Below are positions 12,105 to 25,200 of a stretch of DNA of 64,000 bases, one piece after another. Under the pieces are notes generated by a model. The model searched no databases and was not told where the DNA came from. It worked only from the letters and a program-made list of their open reading frames with translations. Source of the stretch: Octopus sinensis (taxonomy: Eukaryota); the NCBI RefSeq assembly GCF_006345805.1, contig NC_043016.1, forward strand, positions 27,156,001-27,220,000, in the 5' to 3' direction. Position numbers and translations under genes: made by a program. How positions within the stretch are numbered: the stretch's first letter is position 1; each line of letters opens with the position of its first letter.

Positions 12105-12466
12105 GTGTAGTGGGTGCTTTTTACGTGCCACCCGCACAGGTGCCAGGCAAGGCTGGCAACGGCCACGGTTGGATTGATGTATTTTACGTGCCACCGGCAC
12201 GACTGGCTTCTGTGCCGGTGGCACGTAAAATGCACCAATCCGACCGTGACCGTTGCCAGTCTTGCCTGGCACCTGTGCAGGTGGCATGTAAAAAGCACCC
12301 ACTACACTCACGGAGTGGTTGGCGTTAGGAAGGGCATCCAACTGTAGAAACATTACCAGATAAGACTGGAGCCTGGTGCAGCCTCCTGGCTTCCCAGATC
12401 CCCGGTCGAACCATCCAACCCATGCTAGCATGGAGAACGGACGTTAAACGATGATGATGATGATGA
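12105..12466 (+). mobile_element. RTE 3' end with 96-bp fold-back inversion, inserted in the Penelope-like relic
   Basis: 12212-12466 matches 39005-39254. 12105-12200 is the reverse complement of 12212-12307. Confidence 0.88.
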
Positions 12467-13204
12467 TTTATAGTCTGCACCATCTCTGTACATAATAGAT
12501 TTGTGCACTCAAGGAAACTGAAGGAGCAGCATTTTATATTGTAACTTAGAACCATGGCAATGCTGGATTTAAATAAAGGTTTTAAGTTCTACTCTTACAT
12601 CCCCACTTAATTCAGTAGTACTATTTTCATTCTTCGGCCTCCCCCTCATTTTCCCCTCCACTTCACTCTCATCACTTCTTATCCTTTTACATTTCTCTTT
12701 CTTTTAACTTCTTTTGTCTACTTTTTCCTACCAATGTATGCAAGTCCAAGTTGTCTTGCAGCCAGTTTCTCAAACATAGAGGATGCAAAATTTTGCTGAA
12801 TCTTTTATTTCCCTCGTGTATTCTTGACCTCGAAGAAAGATTCTGTCCAAAACATTGGTTACTGCACTCTCCAAACAGTTTCACTGCGTACTTTGTTGCT
12901 TTTGCCAAATAATTCTAGATATATATGCAGGCATGTGTGTGTGTATGCATGTGTGTTTATATATATAATGTAATATATGTGGTAAAGTTTCAACAAGTAA
13001 AATAGCACTTAGCTAAGAGAGTAAAGATATAATAAAAACCCACAAGGCTTGTGAAATACAATGGCCCAGGGTTTCCTGATCAAAACAGTTATTGAGACGG
13101 TAATTTAGTTTACCATTTATCAAGCTGGTAAAAGCAAGACAGTTTATTTACTTATCTGTCTTATTGAAATGGTGAGACAAATATTTCAGCCACCCACGAA
13201 ACCT

Positions 13205-13235
<31 letters not shown>

Positions 13236-13819
13236 CATTTTCAAGGTGGGTAATGCTGTAAATGATAGCCTGTAAATATGAGGTTAAAAAAACCTATTGG
13301 ATAGAAAAAGTTGAAGACTGCCTGTGGGGCTTGAACCTACATCTTCCAGATGTTTTACCATTGGATTGAAGCAATCTTTTGAATTTATCTCTGCAAAGGG
13401 TCTTTTATCCCAATATTTCCTTGCTATCATTTATCAAGTGCAAGTTCATCAGTTAAGTTATTTCACATCTCTTGAAGCTTCTAAATTCTTTTGATGTAAA
13501 CTATACATTATGTGTGTGTGTGTGTATATACATATGCAAAAGATAAAAATTGTTTGAATTTTGCTCTTTTTGATTGATGAATGTGTGTTTTTGTATTGTC
13601 CATGTAAATGAGTTTTGTCAACATTTTATGAAATTTTTTTTATTTTGAAATATTTTCACACTTTTTATTATTTTTTTTAGAAAAAGATATTTGCTGCCAA
13701 ATTCCTTATAAAGCCATGACACAAAATTCTGTTTTCTTATTAAAATATTCCCAAACTGAATTATAAATATATTAATATTTGCCAGTTTCCTTTGTATAAT
13801 GTACTAACTACTGTGATAA

Positions 13820-13820
13820 A

Positions 13821-13851
<31 letters not shown>

Positions 13852-14010
13852 CATTATTACTATTATTATCATTATCATTATTATTTATTATTATTATTAT
13901 TATTGCTGCTGCTGCAACTACTATTATTTTTGTTGCTTAGAGGTATATATTTATCATTGCTGCATTATCATTTTATTATTCTCATCAATATTATTACTAT
14001 TATTATTAAT
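13820..14010. repeat. (TAT/CAT/GCT)n trinucleotide microsatellite
   Basis: Direct reading. Source of the poly-Tyr/poly-Leu ORF. Confidence 0.9.
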
Positions 14011-14126
14011 CTATGTCAATGTTACATAATTTAGAGTAATTTTGTTACTTTTGCCAGTGTTACAAACTTGATACTTAAGTTTGGTTTGAAATTGTTTTTG
14101 TTTATAAATTTCTTGGCTAAATATAC

Positions 14127-14190
<64 letters not shown>

Positions 14191-14751
14191 TATGAATGAA
14201 AGGCTTTTTAATGTAAAAATTTCAAAGGAAGAATACGTTACATATTTTTTTTAATGTTTTGAATTATATCTTTTTTTCATTTCTAAAAATAATTTGTATT
14301 GAACATTTATATATATAAGCCAAATTCTCAGTTTTTAAAATAATAAATTAAAAGATGGATAGTCAATTGATTTAAGCCTTGGTGTATTATTAACAGCCCT
14401 GCATCATATTCCATGGGAGTATATCGGCTTCAGTAGTCTGGACAGATATTGTTTTTTTTCATTTGACTCATCTCTTAACCCCTTTGCACCAACTCCATTG
14501 CCAAAGAGTCAATGAGAACTTTATTTATTTATTTATATATATTTATTTTTTTTTTGTGATTGGGAACAAGGTTGTCATCTGTTACAGGTTTCTGAAGGTC
14601 AGTCACTGATTCATCGCTCTTATGGCAATGAAAGTGGAATGGGCTAATACCTTTACGCTTAGCACATTTTTACTGATTTCTTTACCAATTTATTTTCATG
14701 AAAGATATTCACATGCATTCACACACACACACATGCACGCATAGTAGGGAT

Positions 14752-14916
14752 TGATATTTTATTTTGGTCACATCAGTCTGTTGCTACTCTTGAGTTTCAC
14801 CTGTGGGTGCACAGGGTCTTAAGGCAGATTAAGTCATAACTTGTCTGAAGACCCATGTGCACCCACAAGTGAAATTTAGATTAAGAAGAAACTGACTTGA
14901 CTAAAGTAAAATATCA
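14752..14916. repeat. ~165-bp palindromic element
   Basis: Outer arms 14752-14783/14884-14916, inner arms 14795-14827/14841-14874. Confidence 0.85.
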
Positions 14917-14963
14917 TATAAACCTCTTCACTAACATGCTCCAGCATGGACTGAAACTTAAAA

Positions 14964-15028
<65 letters not shown>

Positions 15029-16103
15029 AAATAAGCAAACCAGGAGATTATTTACAAGATATTTAGTTTTCCCATCTTGCGTATGTTTAGTAAAATATGA
15101 TTATTGGTTATATATTGTAAATTACGTAATGAAAGCATATTGTCAAATCTTCAGAGACATGTAATCTTTATAGATAACATTACTAGATTGAATTGTTGAC
15201 AAGTAGCTATCATAAGGATAGTGAGCAACTGTGTAGCTGTCCTTATGGTGGTTACTTCTGTTGACATTTCAACAGTCCAGTAATGTTATATATAATATAT
15301 TGGATGTTTATGTAACTAATTATCATTTTTTTGTTAATGAAACCTATGTAAGATGGTGTAACTAAATATAAGCAATCATCAATCTCGCATGTTTTGTTTC
15401 ATTTTCTTCACGTACTCTATGGTACTTCAAAACACTGAATTCATACTAAATGACAGAAGTACGATAACGTAATTAGGAATGCACATGGGTTCTAAATACT
15501 GGTTGTCATGCAGTTTAAGCTTAAATTGCACTTTGTGTTAGTGTGTGTGTGTGTGTGTGAGCGAGAGAGAGAGAGAGAGAGAGAGAGAGTGTGTGTGTGT
15601 GTGTGTGAATAGTAAAGCTTCTGTGTAGTTACTGTCTACCAAATTCCACTCATAAGGTATTAATCAACCTAAAACTATGGTAGAAACTCTTAATCAAGGT
15701 ACTGTGCAATGAGATTGAACCTGAATCCAGGTGATTGTGAAGTAAAGTTCTTAACCATACACCATGCCTGTTTTATTAGACATGCTCGGGGTTGTACAAA
15801 AATCTCACATAATTTGTATTCTGACTTAAATTTATGTTCTTGTTTTAAAGTATTTTTTTTTCTAATATTTCTGATATTAAAATTAAGAGTTAAATATAAT
15901 CATAATAATATATTATATAATATTGGTTTTTTTAAAATTTTAAGTCATTTATTTAAAGGTTAAGCATTTTCTATTAATATTATCTAAACATAGAAATTGA
16001 AGGTGTATAGCTTAATGGTTTGAGTGTTGTATTCACCATCATAAGATCATAGTTTTGATTCCGGGAGTGGATGGTGCAATGTGTTATTGTCTAAAACACT
16101 TCA

Positions 16104-16460
16104 CATGCCACTGGCACAAGTGCCAGTAAGGCGTTACCAGCGTCACCTTACTGACATTTGTGCCCGTGGCATTTGAAAAAACATTTTGAGTGAGGTTGTT
16201 GCCAGTGGACTGACTCCTGTGCAGATGGCATGTAAAAAACACCATTGCCAGTACTGCCTGACTGGCCCTCATGCCAGTGGCACGTAAAAGCACCCACTAC
16301 ACTCTCGTAGTGGTTGGTGTTAGGAAGGGCATCCAGCTGTAGCAACTCTGCCAGATCAGATTGGAGCCTGGTACAGCCATCTGGTTCGCCAGTCCTCAGT
16401 CAAATCGTCCAACCCATGCTAGCATTGAAAGTGGGCATTAAACGATGATGATGATGATGA
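16104..16460 (+). mobile_element. RTE 3' end nested in a family C SINE
   Basis: GGCACGTAAAAGCACC modules and a (GAT)n tail. The SINE sequence resumes after 16460. Confidence 0.8.
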
Positions 16461-17277
16461 CTTCAGTTCACACCACTCTTGTCTGCTCAGCTGTAAATGA
16501 GTTCCATCAATAGCTAGGAAGTTACTCCTGTAACATACTATTGTCCCATTCTGTGGAAATTGTTGTAATTTCAGTCACTTACACTCTATAGAAACTGAGT
16601 TAATCTCTGGTCCAATGAATCCTAAAGCTCATGACAGACCTAAAACATTAAAATTATTTATTGCAGTATTTTAACACTAGCAAAGGCATTTCAGCTTTAC
16701 AGAAGAAAAAAAACAAAAAAACAGAAGAAAGAATCCCCTCAACCACTACCACTACCATCATTAGTGTTTGAAAGGTTGTTAGATGAATATTTTTGTGTAT
16801 CATCTCATTTTATTGCTCCTTTTGATCCTGCCGTAGCTAACTTTATCTTTCATCCCTCCGAGAACCTGAGTTAGTGTGATTGACTAAACCCCTCCTCTCC
16901 AAAATGCTGACCCTGCGCATAAATTAGAAACAGTAATCTCATTTTTTAATTATTTGTTCTTTTGTAATATATTAAATTTACATTCTTTGTTTGTAATATA
17001 TTTTAAATTGTACTTCTAGGTTATATAAATAAAACTTGGATGAAAATGCACAATAACATTAAATTAGATGTAATCTTCTAAGAAAAATTATAAGACAAAA
17101 AAAGCAATTCTTTACTGAACACTTTTTGTCTTGTAACCTGACCCCCTCCAGCTCCAAATTCACCTCAATGTAATTCAACTATTGTAGCTACATTCTTGTT
17201 TTTCTTTGATAAGCTCCTTGGATAAATGAAATTGGTTCAAGTAAAAAGATCTAATATATATAAATGAACTAATAATC

Positions 17278-17670
17278 TTTACTCTTTTACTAGTTTCAGT
17301 CATTTGGTTGTGGCCATGCTGGAGCACCGCCTTTAGTCAAGCAAATCGACCCCAGGGCTTTGTTAGCCTAGTACTTATTCTATCGGTCTCTTTTGCCGAA
17401 CTGCTAAGTTACGGGGATGTAAACACACCAGCATCGGTTGTCAAGTGATGTTGAGGGGACAAACACAGACACACAGACATATACACACACACACACACAC
17501 ACATACATATATCTATACATGTATACGACGGGCTTCTTTCAATTTCCATCTACCAAATCCACTCACAAGGCTATAGCAGAAGACACTTTCTCAAGGTGCC
17601 ACGCAGTGGGACTGAACCAGGAACCATGTGGTTCGTAAGCAAGCTACTTACCACACAAACACTCCTACAT
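17278..17670 (-). mobile_element. SINE family A
   Basis: Colinear with 4211-4606. Confidence 0.88.
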
Positions 17671-18329
17671 TTATTTTTTTTTTTTTTAGTTTGTCTAAAA
17701 AATATAATTGTTTTAATGTTATTTTGCATTTTCAATCATTTTCTGTTTATATAATACAACTTGTATGGAAACTTTTAACCACTTTTCAATAAGTTTGTAT
17801 GTATGATTTTTCATCCTGAGTTCAAATGCCACTTGGGGTTTACTTCACCTTTCATCTTTTTGGGGTTGATAAGATAAGTACCAGTTGTGTATTGGGGTCA
17901 ATGTAATCAACTTAAGCTCTCCCCTGAAATTGCTGGCCTTGTGCTAAAATTTAAAACCAATATGTATGTATGTATGTATGCACGCATCGTCATAGACAGA
18001 AAATATATTATATATAAAATTTCTAAGTTGTGGCAGGTGGTTTGATCTGAAACTCTGTGGTGAAACTAAAACAATTACAGCATGGAAGACATGTTAAGTC
18101 CTTCAAGAACATACAAAAACTGCTCACTTATTATTTGGTGTCAGAATATTTGTTGCACCAACTGTAACCATGTCACTGATGTGGTTCCACAGCATATATA
18201 CTGAACTATAATCAAGTTTTATCCAGAAAAAACACCACATTGAAAGTACACAAACATTGGTAATTATATTATGAGATTATATAACCTATGTAAATTTCAA
18301 GACACCTCTCTACTCTATATTTTTTCTCT

Positions 18330-18532
18330 TTAACCCTTTCGTTACTGTATTTATTTTGAGATGCTCTGTGTTTCTTTCAATTACTTTAAATATAACAAAG
18401 AATTTAGTAGCTATCATTAAGCTGGTGTTAGGAATATAAATTGTGACTAAAGTTTGGGGGAAGATTTTAATTCAGAACTTTTGAAAACAAGACATTTGTA
18501 CTACAGAGCCAGTTTGGTAACGAAAGCGTTAC
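18330..18532. mobile_element. piggyBac-like TTAA MITE, family 2
   Basis: TIRs TTAACCCTTTCGTTAC / GTAACGAAAGCGTTA. Related decayed pieces at about 20417-20990 (split by a SINE) and 33050-33190. Confidence 0.6.
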
Positions 18533-19335
18533 TTAGCATGGAGACTCTGAAAGTTAAGTATGCAGGACATAGGTATATGGTTAGGATGCTTACTCTTCAG
18601 CTACACAGTTTTAGGATTAGTCTCTGTGCAGTACCTTGTTAGTGTCTTCTACGGCCAATCATTGTCTTGTGAGTGCATTTAGTAAAGGAAAACTGTATAA
18701 TGCCTTTTATGTGTGTGTGTGAAAGTTTATATTGTGCCATGAGCTACAAACAACAAAGCTTGTTGTCATTCTTTGTCAATCAGTCATCTGTTGTTTTGGG
18801 ATTTTCAAAGGCATGTGGAGTAAATGAAAATCCTTTATTGGAAAAACTGGTAAGGATTTTGTGTCCAGAAGGAAACCTTGTTGTAAAACTGTGTCTCAGT
18901 GATATGTAATTGTCTAACCCATGCCAACATGGGAAAACAGATGTAAAACAACCAATCTTCATCAGTTTAAGATGTATCTGCAGAAATCTGTACAAATGAC
19001 ACTAACAAAATTATATTATTTTGTTTTTTAAACACTTTTTAGATACTTTTTTTTCAACTGAATTACAAAATTATATTATTGATTAACCTCATGAAATACA
19101 TCAGGGAATAAGAAGGAATGACTATTGTATGTAGTTGTGGAATATTATGTTAAATTATGGTTCATGTTCGTCAAGTACTTGAAACAATGTTTTTTTTTTG
19201 TTTTTTTAAATTTTTTGAAGAATTTATTTGGGTTCAGTCATCATCTTAGTGCCTTGGAATATGCAAATATTTTTTTGTTTTTGTTTATCTTCTTTATATG
19301 GAAGTTAAATTGGAAATATGTCTTCTTTATATACA

Positions 19336-19366
<31 letters not shown>

Positions 19367-20031
19367 CTATTTGAGAAAATGTCGGAGAAAATATCTTCTT
19401 TATTTGGAAAAAGGAAAAAAAATATGAAAAAAAAAATTACATCACAAATATTAAAACTTTTGACTGTTGACATAAAAAAAAAGAATTTTGAATATATTAT
19501 ATATGTATAATTATATATAATTGATAGTCTACAGGTAATGTGGCCCACATTTCCCGATTTCTATACACTAAAAAAGGCCAGTCTGTACTATTGATACATC
19601 ATAATCTTACTTGTATGCACATCTGTTGCATTCTTCCAAATTTGGAATAAATTTGTTGTCTACAAGTTGTTTTTGTTTTTTGTTTGTTTATTCTTTTAGT
19701 TGTTTCAGCTGTTGGACCATGACCATACCGGAGCATTACCTTGAAGAGCTTTTTACTCAAATTGACACCCGGAATTCTTTATTTTTAAGTCTCTTTTGCT
19801 GAACGAAAATCTTAGTTACAGGGACTTAAATAAACCAACACTGGTTGTTAAGCAGTGAGAGATCAATACACATATATATGCAATGGGCTTCCACACGGTT
19901 TGTGATAGAAATTGACTCACAAGTTATTGTTAGACCAGTAGAAGACACTTGCTTGAGGTGCTTCAATGTGAAACTGAACCCCAAACCATGTAGTTAAGGA
20001 CTCTGATTTATATTTTTTCCTTGTCTAGAAT

Positions 20032-20243
20032 TACGAGGAATTTTTGAAAAGTCCCTGGCTTTAAGAGTATCATAAAAGGCCTGGTTGGAAGCCCAACTTT
20101 TGAGCTCTTTTACAGGATTAGAAAAACTGAAAGACTGCTGCAATGTGTGTGAATCTGAGAGGGGGATATGTTGAATCATAATTAACTGATCCTTCTGTAT
20201 TTTCTTTTACCCAAAACTAGAAGCTTTTCAGCACCCTCCCATA
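20032..20243 (+). mobile_element. Mariner-derived MITE
   Basis: TA-flanked ends TACGAGG..TGAAAAG / CTTTTCAGCACCCTC..TA. Retains the transposase ending (CVNLRGGYVE, cf. KCV...GEYVE). Second copy at 46399. Confidence 0.7.
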
Positions 20244-20493
20244 CATTCTAATTGATTTGATAAATTAGGCAGTTTATACTGGTATCGTCAAAGAATCTAT
20301 CTCCCATTCAGTCACTTCACTTGGAGCACCTGTTAACATCAAAGGCAATACCCTTTCCTCTAGACTCAACTAAAAAAAAAGTTTAGTAGCATGTTTGTAT
20401 TTGAATGATTCACTTGTTTACCCCCTTTGATACCAACCTACCTGAAACTGTGCCTGGTTCTACAAGACAAACTTTTGGTTTTTAAATTAACAT

Positions 20494-20852
20494 AGACACA
20501 GAAGTGGCTGTGTGGTAAGAAGCTTGCTTCCCAACCACATGATTTCGGGTTTAGTCCAACTGCGTGGTATCTTGGGAAAGTGTCTTCTAGCATAGCCTCG
20601 AGCCAACCAAAGCCTTGGGAGTGGATTTGGTTGACAGAAACTGAAAGAAGCCTGTTTGTATCTGTGTTTGTCCTCCATTGCTTGACAACCGATGTTGGTG
20701 TGTTTACACCCCCGTCACTTAGCAGTTTGACAAAAAGAGAATGATATAATATGTACTAGGCTTACAAAGAATAAGTCCTGGGATCGATTTATTCGACTAA
20801 AGGTGGTGCTCCAGCATTGCCACAGATATGACTGAAACAAGTAAAAGAATAA
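20494..20852 (+). mobile_element. SINE family A
   Basis: Colinear with the family. Inserted in a family-2 MITE relic. Confidence 0.85.
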
Positions 20853-21789
20853 ATTAAAATTTTCATCAAAATTGCATGTTAATTTGTCTCAAACATTAGC
20901 TTAAAATGACAACAAAGTTATTTTACCATATTCTTCATTATTTTCAAAATTAATTGAAATGAAGGCAGTGTATTTCAACAAAGGTGTTGTTATTTCTTGA
21001 CCTATTACTTTCTGAAGCTGAAATGCTCACTTCCTTCTAGAGGCATCGAGTTCATAGTCCTCATCTTTTGTGTTCCCATATTTTAGACCTGCACAGAGAT
21101 CAAACAGTTGCTATCATTATCATCATCATTTAACTTGTTTTCAATGCTGGCAAGGGTTGGGCAGTTTGACTGGAGTTGGTCAGCTGGGGAGCTGTTCAGA
21201 CTCCAGTTGTCTGTCTTGTTATGGTTTCTATGATGAAATGCTCTTCCTAACATGAACAACTTCACAGACTGTGCTGGGTGTTTTCACATACCACCAGCAT
21301 GGTTACATTTATGCAGCACTGGTACACCAGTGTCACTCCTGATGGTTTTACTGCCCCTCACTGGATGCAACCTCCAGGTCATTTTGTAAACCTGGATGCT
21401 GTTACCAATGTCCGTAATGTCTCTTAGGGAACCATTCTGGTTTTTCAACTTTTGAGCATCCACATTAATTTAATGTGAATGCTTGAACATAACACTTATT
21501 TATTTACATCATTTTGAATTAACCATGCATTATCTTGTTGCCTGAATATTTCGATAGTGTAATTGTTTCTATAATGATGTTGTTGGGTTGGTGTAAGAGA
21601 CCAGATCTAGCTGATATGAACATAGAACAGATAGAATTTTGGGCCAGTTTAAATGCTCAAAAATTAAAGCAACACTTTCACAGAGTTACCTATCAATTTC
21701 CTTGTCACAATTGACTATTAAACCTCTCCCTCTCTACATGTTTTCTGTAAACTGACTCCCTCTTTTACCTCATTTTGTCTCTTCCCACT

Positions 21790-22230
21790 GCAAGCACTCT
21801 ATATTTTCCATCCCCTATTCATAATTTTGACAAATTTGCCAACTCTGTAGAGACCCAATCTCAGCTGATGGCCTTCTAGTTTGTGCATTGTGGTTAACCC
21901 CAGAATATTGCCAATAATACCCACCTCTATACCCATAACACTGATCGAATCTCTGCTCTTTATTGCCTGTCCTTGCTCCTCATCTTTTCGATGTCCATCT
22001 TGCACATTTCCCATCTCCTACTACCTCACCCTTATTCTGGGAATGTCCTCTACTATTTTTCAAACATACTCCAATTTGCACGACCAGTTTGTAGCTCTTG
22101 AAGCCTTCCTAGCACTCAACCTGGATCTTTCCTCTGCTCCTGAGCTCAATGCAACATATGCTCTAATATCTATAACATTATTCCACTCTTTGGACTCAAC
22201 ATCACTTTCTTATCTCTCACCATTTCGCCT
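21790..22230 (+). mobile_element. Degenerate Penelope-like relic
   Basis: Remnants resembling the RT/GIY-YIG linker (..HIFP..P....NL.D.LV..), similar in character to 11600-11900(-). Heavily decayed. Confidence 0.35.
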
Positions 22231-25200
22231 GTACCATCAGAAATTTCATTTATTGTCTTAAATGTCACCAATATCAACCAAATTATTGGATGTTGTTTAT
22301 ATACATTGCTGATTACAATGCGTTTTCAATTCTTTCTTGATTATGCCATTCTTTTCCATCATCTTCCCATCATTGCAGAGACCATCTGAGTTAGCTTTTC
22401 CAGTCTCTTGGAAAAACAGGAGTAGGTTAGATGATCACATCTGCTTCAAGAAGATCGTGTTACCTGTTAGGTGTCACTTCAACTCATCTGTCATATTGTT
22501 TCATATCATGGCTTCCCTACTGCTTGCCATCACAAAAAAACAACTTTATCTTCTATCTCTGTTGCACCACCTCCCCAGGCATGGATAGCCCATATACATT
22601 CACATAATTGCATCCTATTGTTACCATAATCTATTCTCCTATATTGCACCTACATGTGATATACCATGTTTTTGCATAAATCTCACAAACTATACACACT
22701 TAACCTACATGTCTTTACATCCATGTAGATTGAATGTACTACACACACACACACATAATTACTCACTTCACACTAACATACAGAAGCACATTTTTAACTA
22801 ACTACTTCTACCCACATTTCTCACCTTAGCATGCCACATGTACACATCATGCACAGACAGACTTCATTTACCTCACATCTGTTTCTATACATCCATATTG
22901 CATAAACCTATTATAACATATATGCACAACATAACCAATTTTTATGTATGCATGTGTTTGTGCCAGTGTGTACATACATACATTTCTTCTTGTTTGGCTG
23001 TCTGTCATTGGGTGAGATTGACTATTCTTGTTCAGTGATCATCTCTGGCAGGCTCACATGTGGGCTATAGGTCCTGCTCTTGATCTGCAGCAGCAGTGAT
23101 GACATCTGCTGCAGGTGAAGTTACTTGACCCAACAGAGAAATGATGCCTCTTATGTGCTCTTTTGTAAAGAGCTTCAGCTATTGGTGTCAGTTATTGCAC
23201 TACAGGGCCTACTCCCACTAGGTAGTCTGGGGAGATACCAAAGTTCTTCATATGTCTCTTTAACACATTCTTCTATTGCAACTTCTGGCCAACACAGCTC
23301 TGCTTGCCTCAATGCAATTCAGCATAGAAAACTGACATTATTTACATTCTGAATTGGACATATATTAAAAGGGTGACTGTTGCATGCCCAAACACATGAA
23401 CTTTATATTCCTCAACACATTAGATGCTGCAATATTACAGATTCAACCATGCATTTCGCCCCTGCCTCCAACCACAGTCTCTCCTTCACTTACCCACACA
23501 ATAACCCACTCTTTCCCATCCCTAACTTCACTTACTCTCACAATGGCCCAAGTTCTGTTTCCACTTTGAATCTTGCTGTCTCACTCTAGAGCTTACTTTT
23601 TACACCAAACTTACAATATAAAGCTGTTATAAATTCAGTATCATTTCTATTTCTCTCCTATGTCTTTACCTGAAATGTTAAATCTCTTCTATTCCTTCCA
23701 GTGGCATACTTATTTTTGTTATCTTTTCTTTTACTTGTTTCAGTCAGACTATAGCCATGCTGGGGAACACTGCCTTCAAGAATTTCAGTTGTTCAAATCA
23801 GTACTTATTTTTTTGAGCCTTGTACTTATCTGTCAGTCTCTTTTGACAAACCACTAAGTTACAAGGATGTAAGCACATCAATACTAGTTGTCAAGCAGTG
23901 ATGGGGGACAGGGACACAAAGGTACACATACAAACATAGATATATATATTACATGGAGAAATGTGAGCATGAAAAGTAATATTCTTAAGATTATAAACCT
24001 GGAAAAGTACAGGACAAGTTATTACACCTGTAAAAGTTTAGGACAAGCTATTACTTCTAGTAAAGTAAAGAATAAGAAACTTTACTTAAAATATTGCAGC
24101 AAAGAATGCTAGTTCTTCTAATTTATCACTCTTTACAGTTCTCGTCTTTTAAATTTATTGTACAAAATTTGTAAGTTTGTCTAATTAGTCACTTTTTTCA
24201 GTATTTAAGGTAGTAAATTAGCCAAATTCTTCTTAAATAAGTATAGCGTTACTTCCTTACTGACATGAAATTTTGTGGCATTTTCTTCTACTAATTGTTG
24301 TTCAATGCGACTAATGACTCTGAATTCTTCATACGTTTTTCTATCAATAAGCCTAAGAAAGGTATACTTTTATTTTAAGATTAATAAATTTATGTTGATT
24401 GAAGATGAATATCTGCCTCACTGACCACTTGAGGTCTGACATATTTTGATGTAACTTTTTTTCTACTGAATCAAATCTCAAACTATTTATGCCAAAGTGT
24501 AGCTGAGGAGGTGTCCTCTTTAAAACTATTAACAGTTTGCAATTTAGTTGAGAACTGAATTAGTGGTGAAGCTTGGAAACTGCTGTAATTCTCAAAATGG
24601 TGGACTTAAGAATATATTCAACCACTACCGTGGTTGAATGGTGATGGGTTTCTTTCAATTTCCATCTAACAGATCTACTCATAAGGCTTTGATTGGTACA
24701 AGGCTATAATAGAAGACATTTGCCCAAGGTGCCACACAATGGGACTGAACCATATAGCTGGAATGCAAATTTCTTACTGGTACATATTCTTTGTTACTGT
24801 TTTATTTCATATTTCTATGCTTTTTTAAATGTTTTTTTATGTTTAATGTCATACTTACATCTTTGCTTCCTTCCCTTATTTATCTTTTTTTTTTGGATCC
24901 TTTTTTTTTTGTATTATATCCTTATGCCTTTGCTGAACAAATGAGTGCTACTTTGTTTTAGCTGCCCCACCAATTATTCAGACAGTTAATTAACTGGTCA
25001 TTGAATATGTAAGGCCAAGCGTTCTGTAGACATGTGTAAACTTAACATAAATCTCAGGCAGAAACTGCATGATACAGAGACTAGGCAGTACTTTATGAAT
25101 TGTAGTAACAATCTATTTAATGGGCTTCAACACAGTTTCCATTCAGAATATAAGGGTTGATCAAACTATAGATGACATTTGAACAAGATACCCAGCAATG

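Noticed and set aside
12825-12860. CCTCGAAGAAAGA..TCCAAAACATTGG as a Penelope HHR
   Set aside because: The position fits a pseudo-LTR, but both core halves are corrupted. Too degenerate to call.
13792-14034. Poly-Tyr/poly-Leu ORF
   Set aside because: Trinucleotide microsatellite.
23074-23103. 9-bp perfect hairpin CTGCAGCAG/CTGCTGCAG
   Set aside because: Short, CAG/CTG low complexity, no other support.
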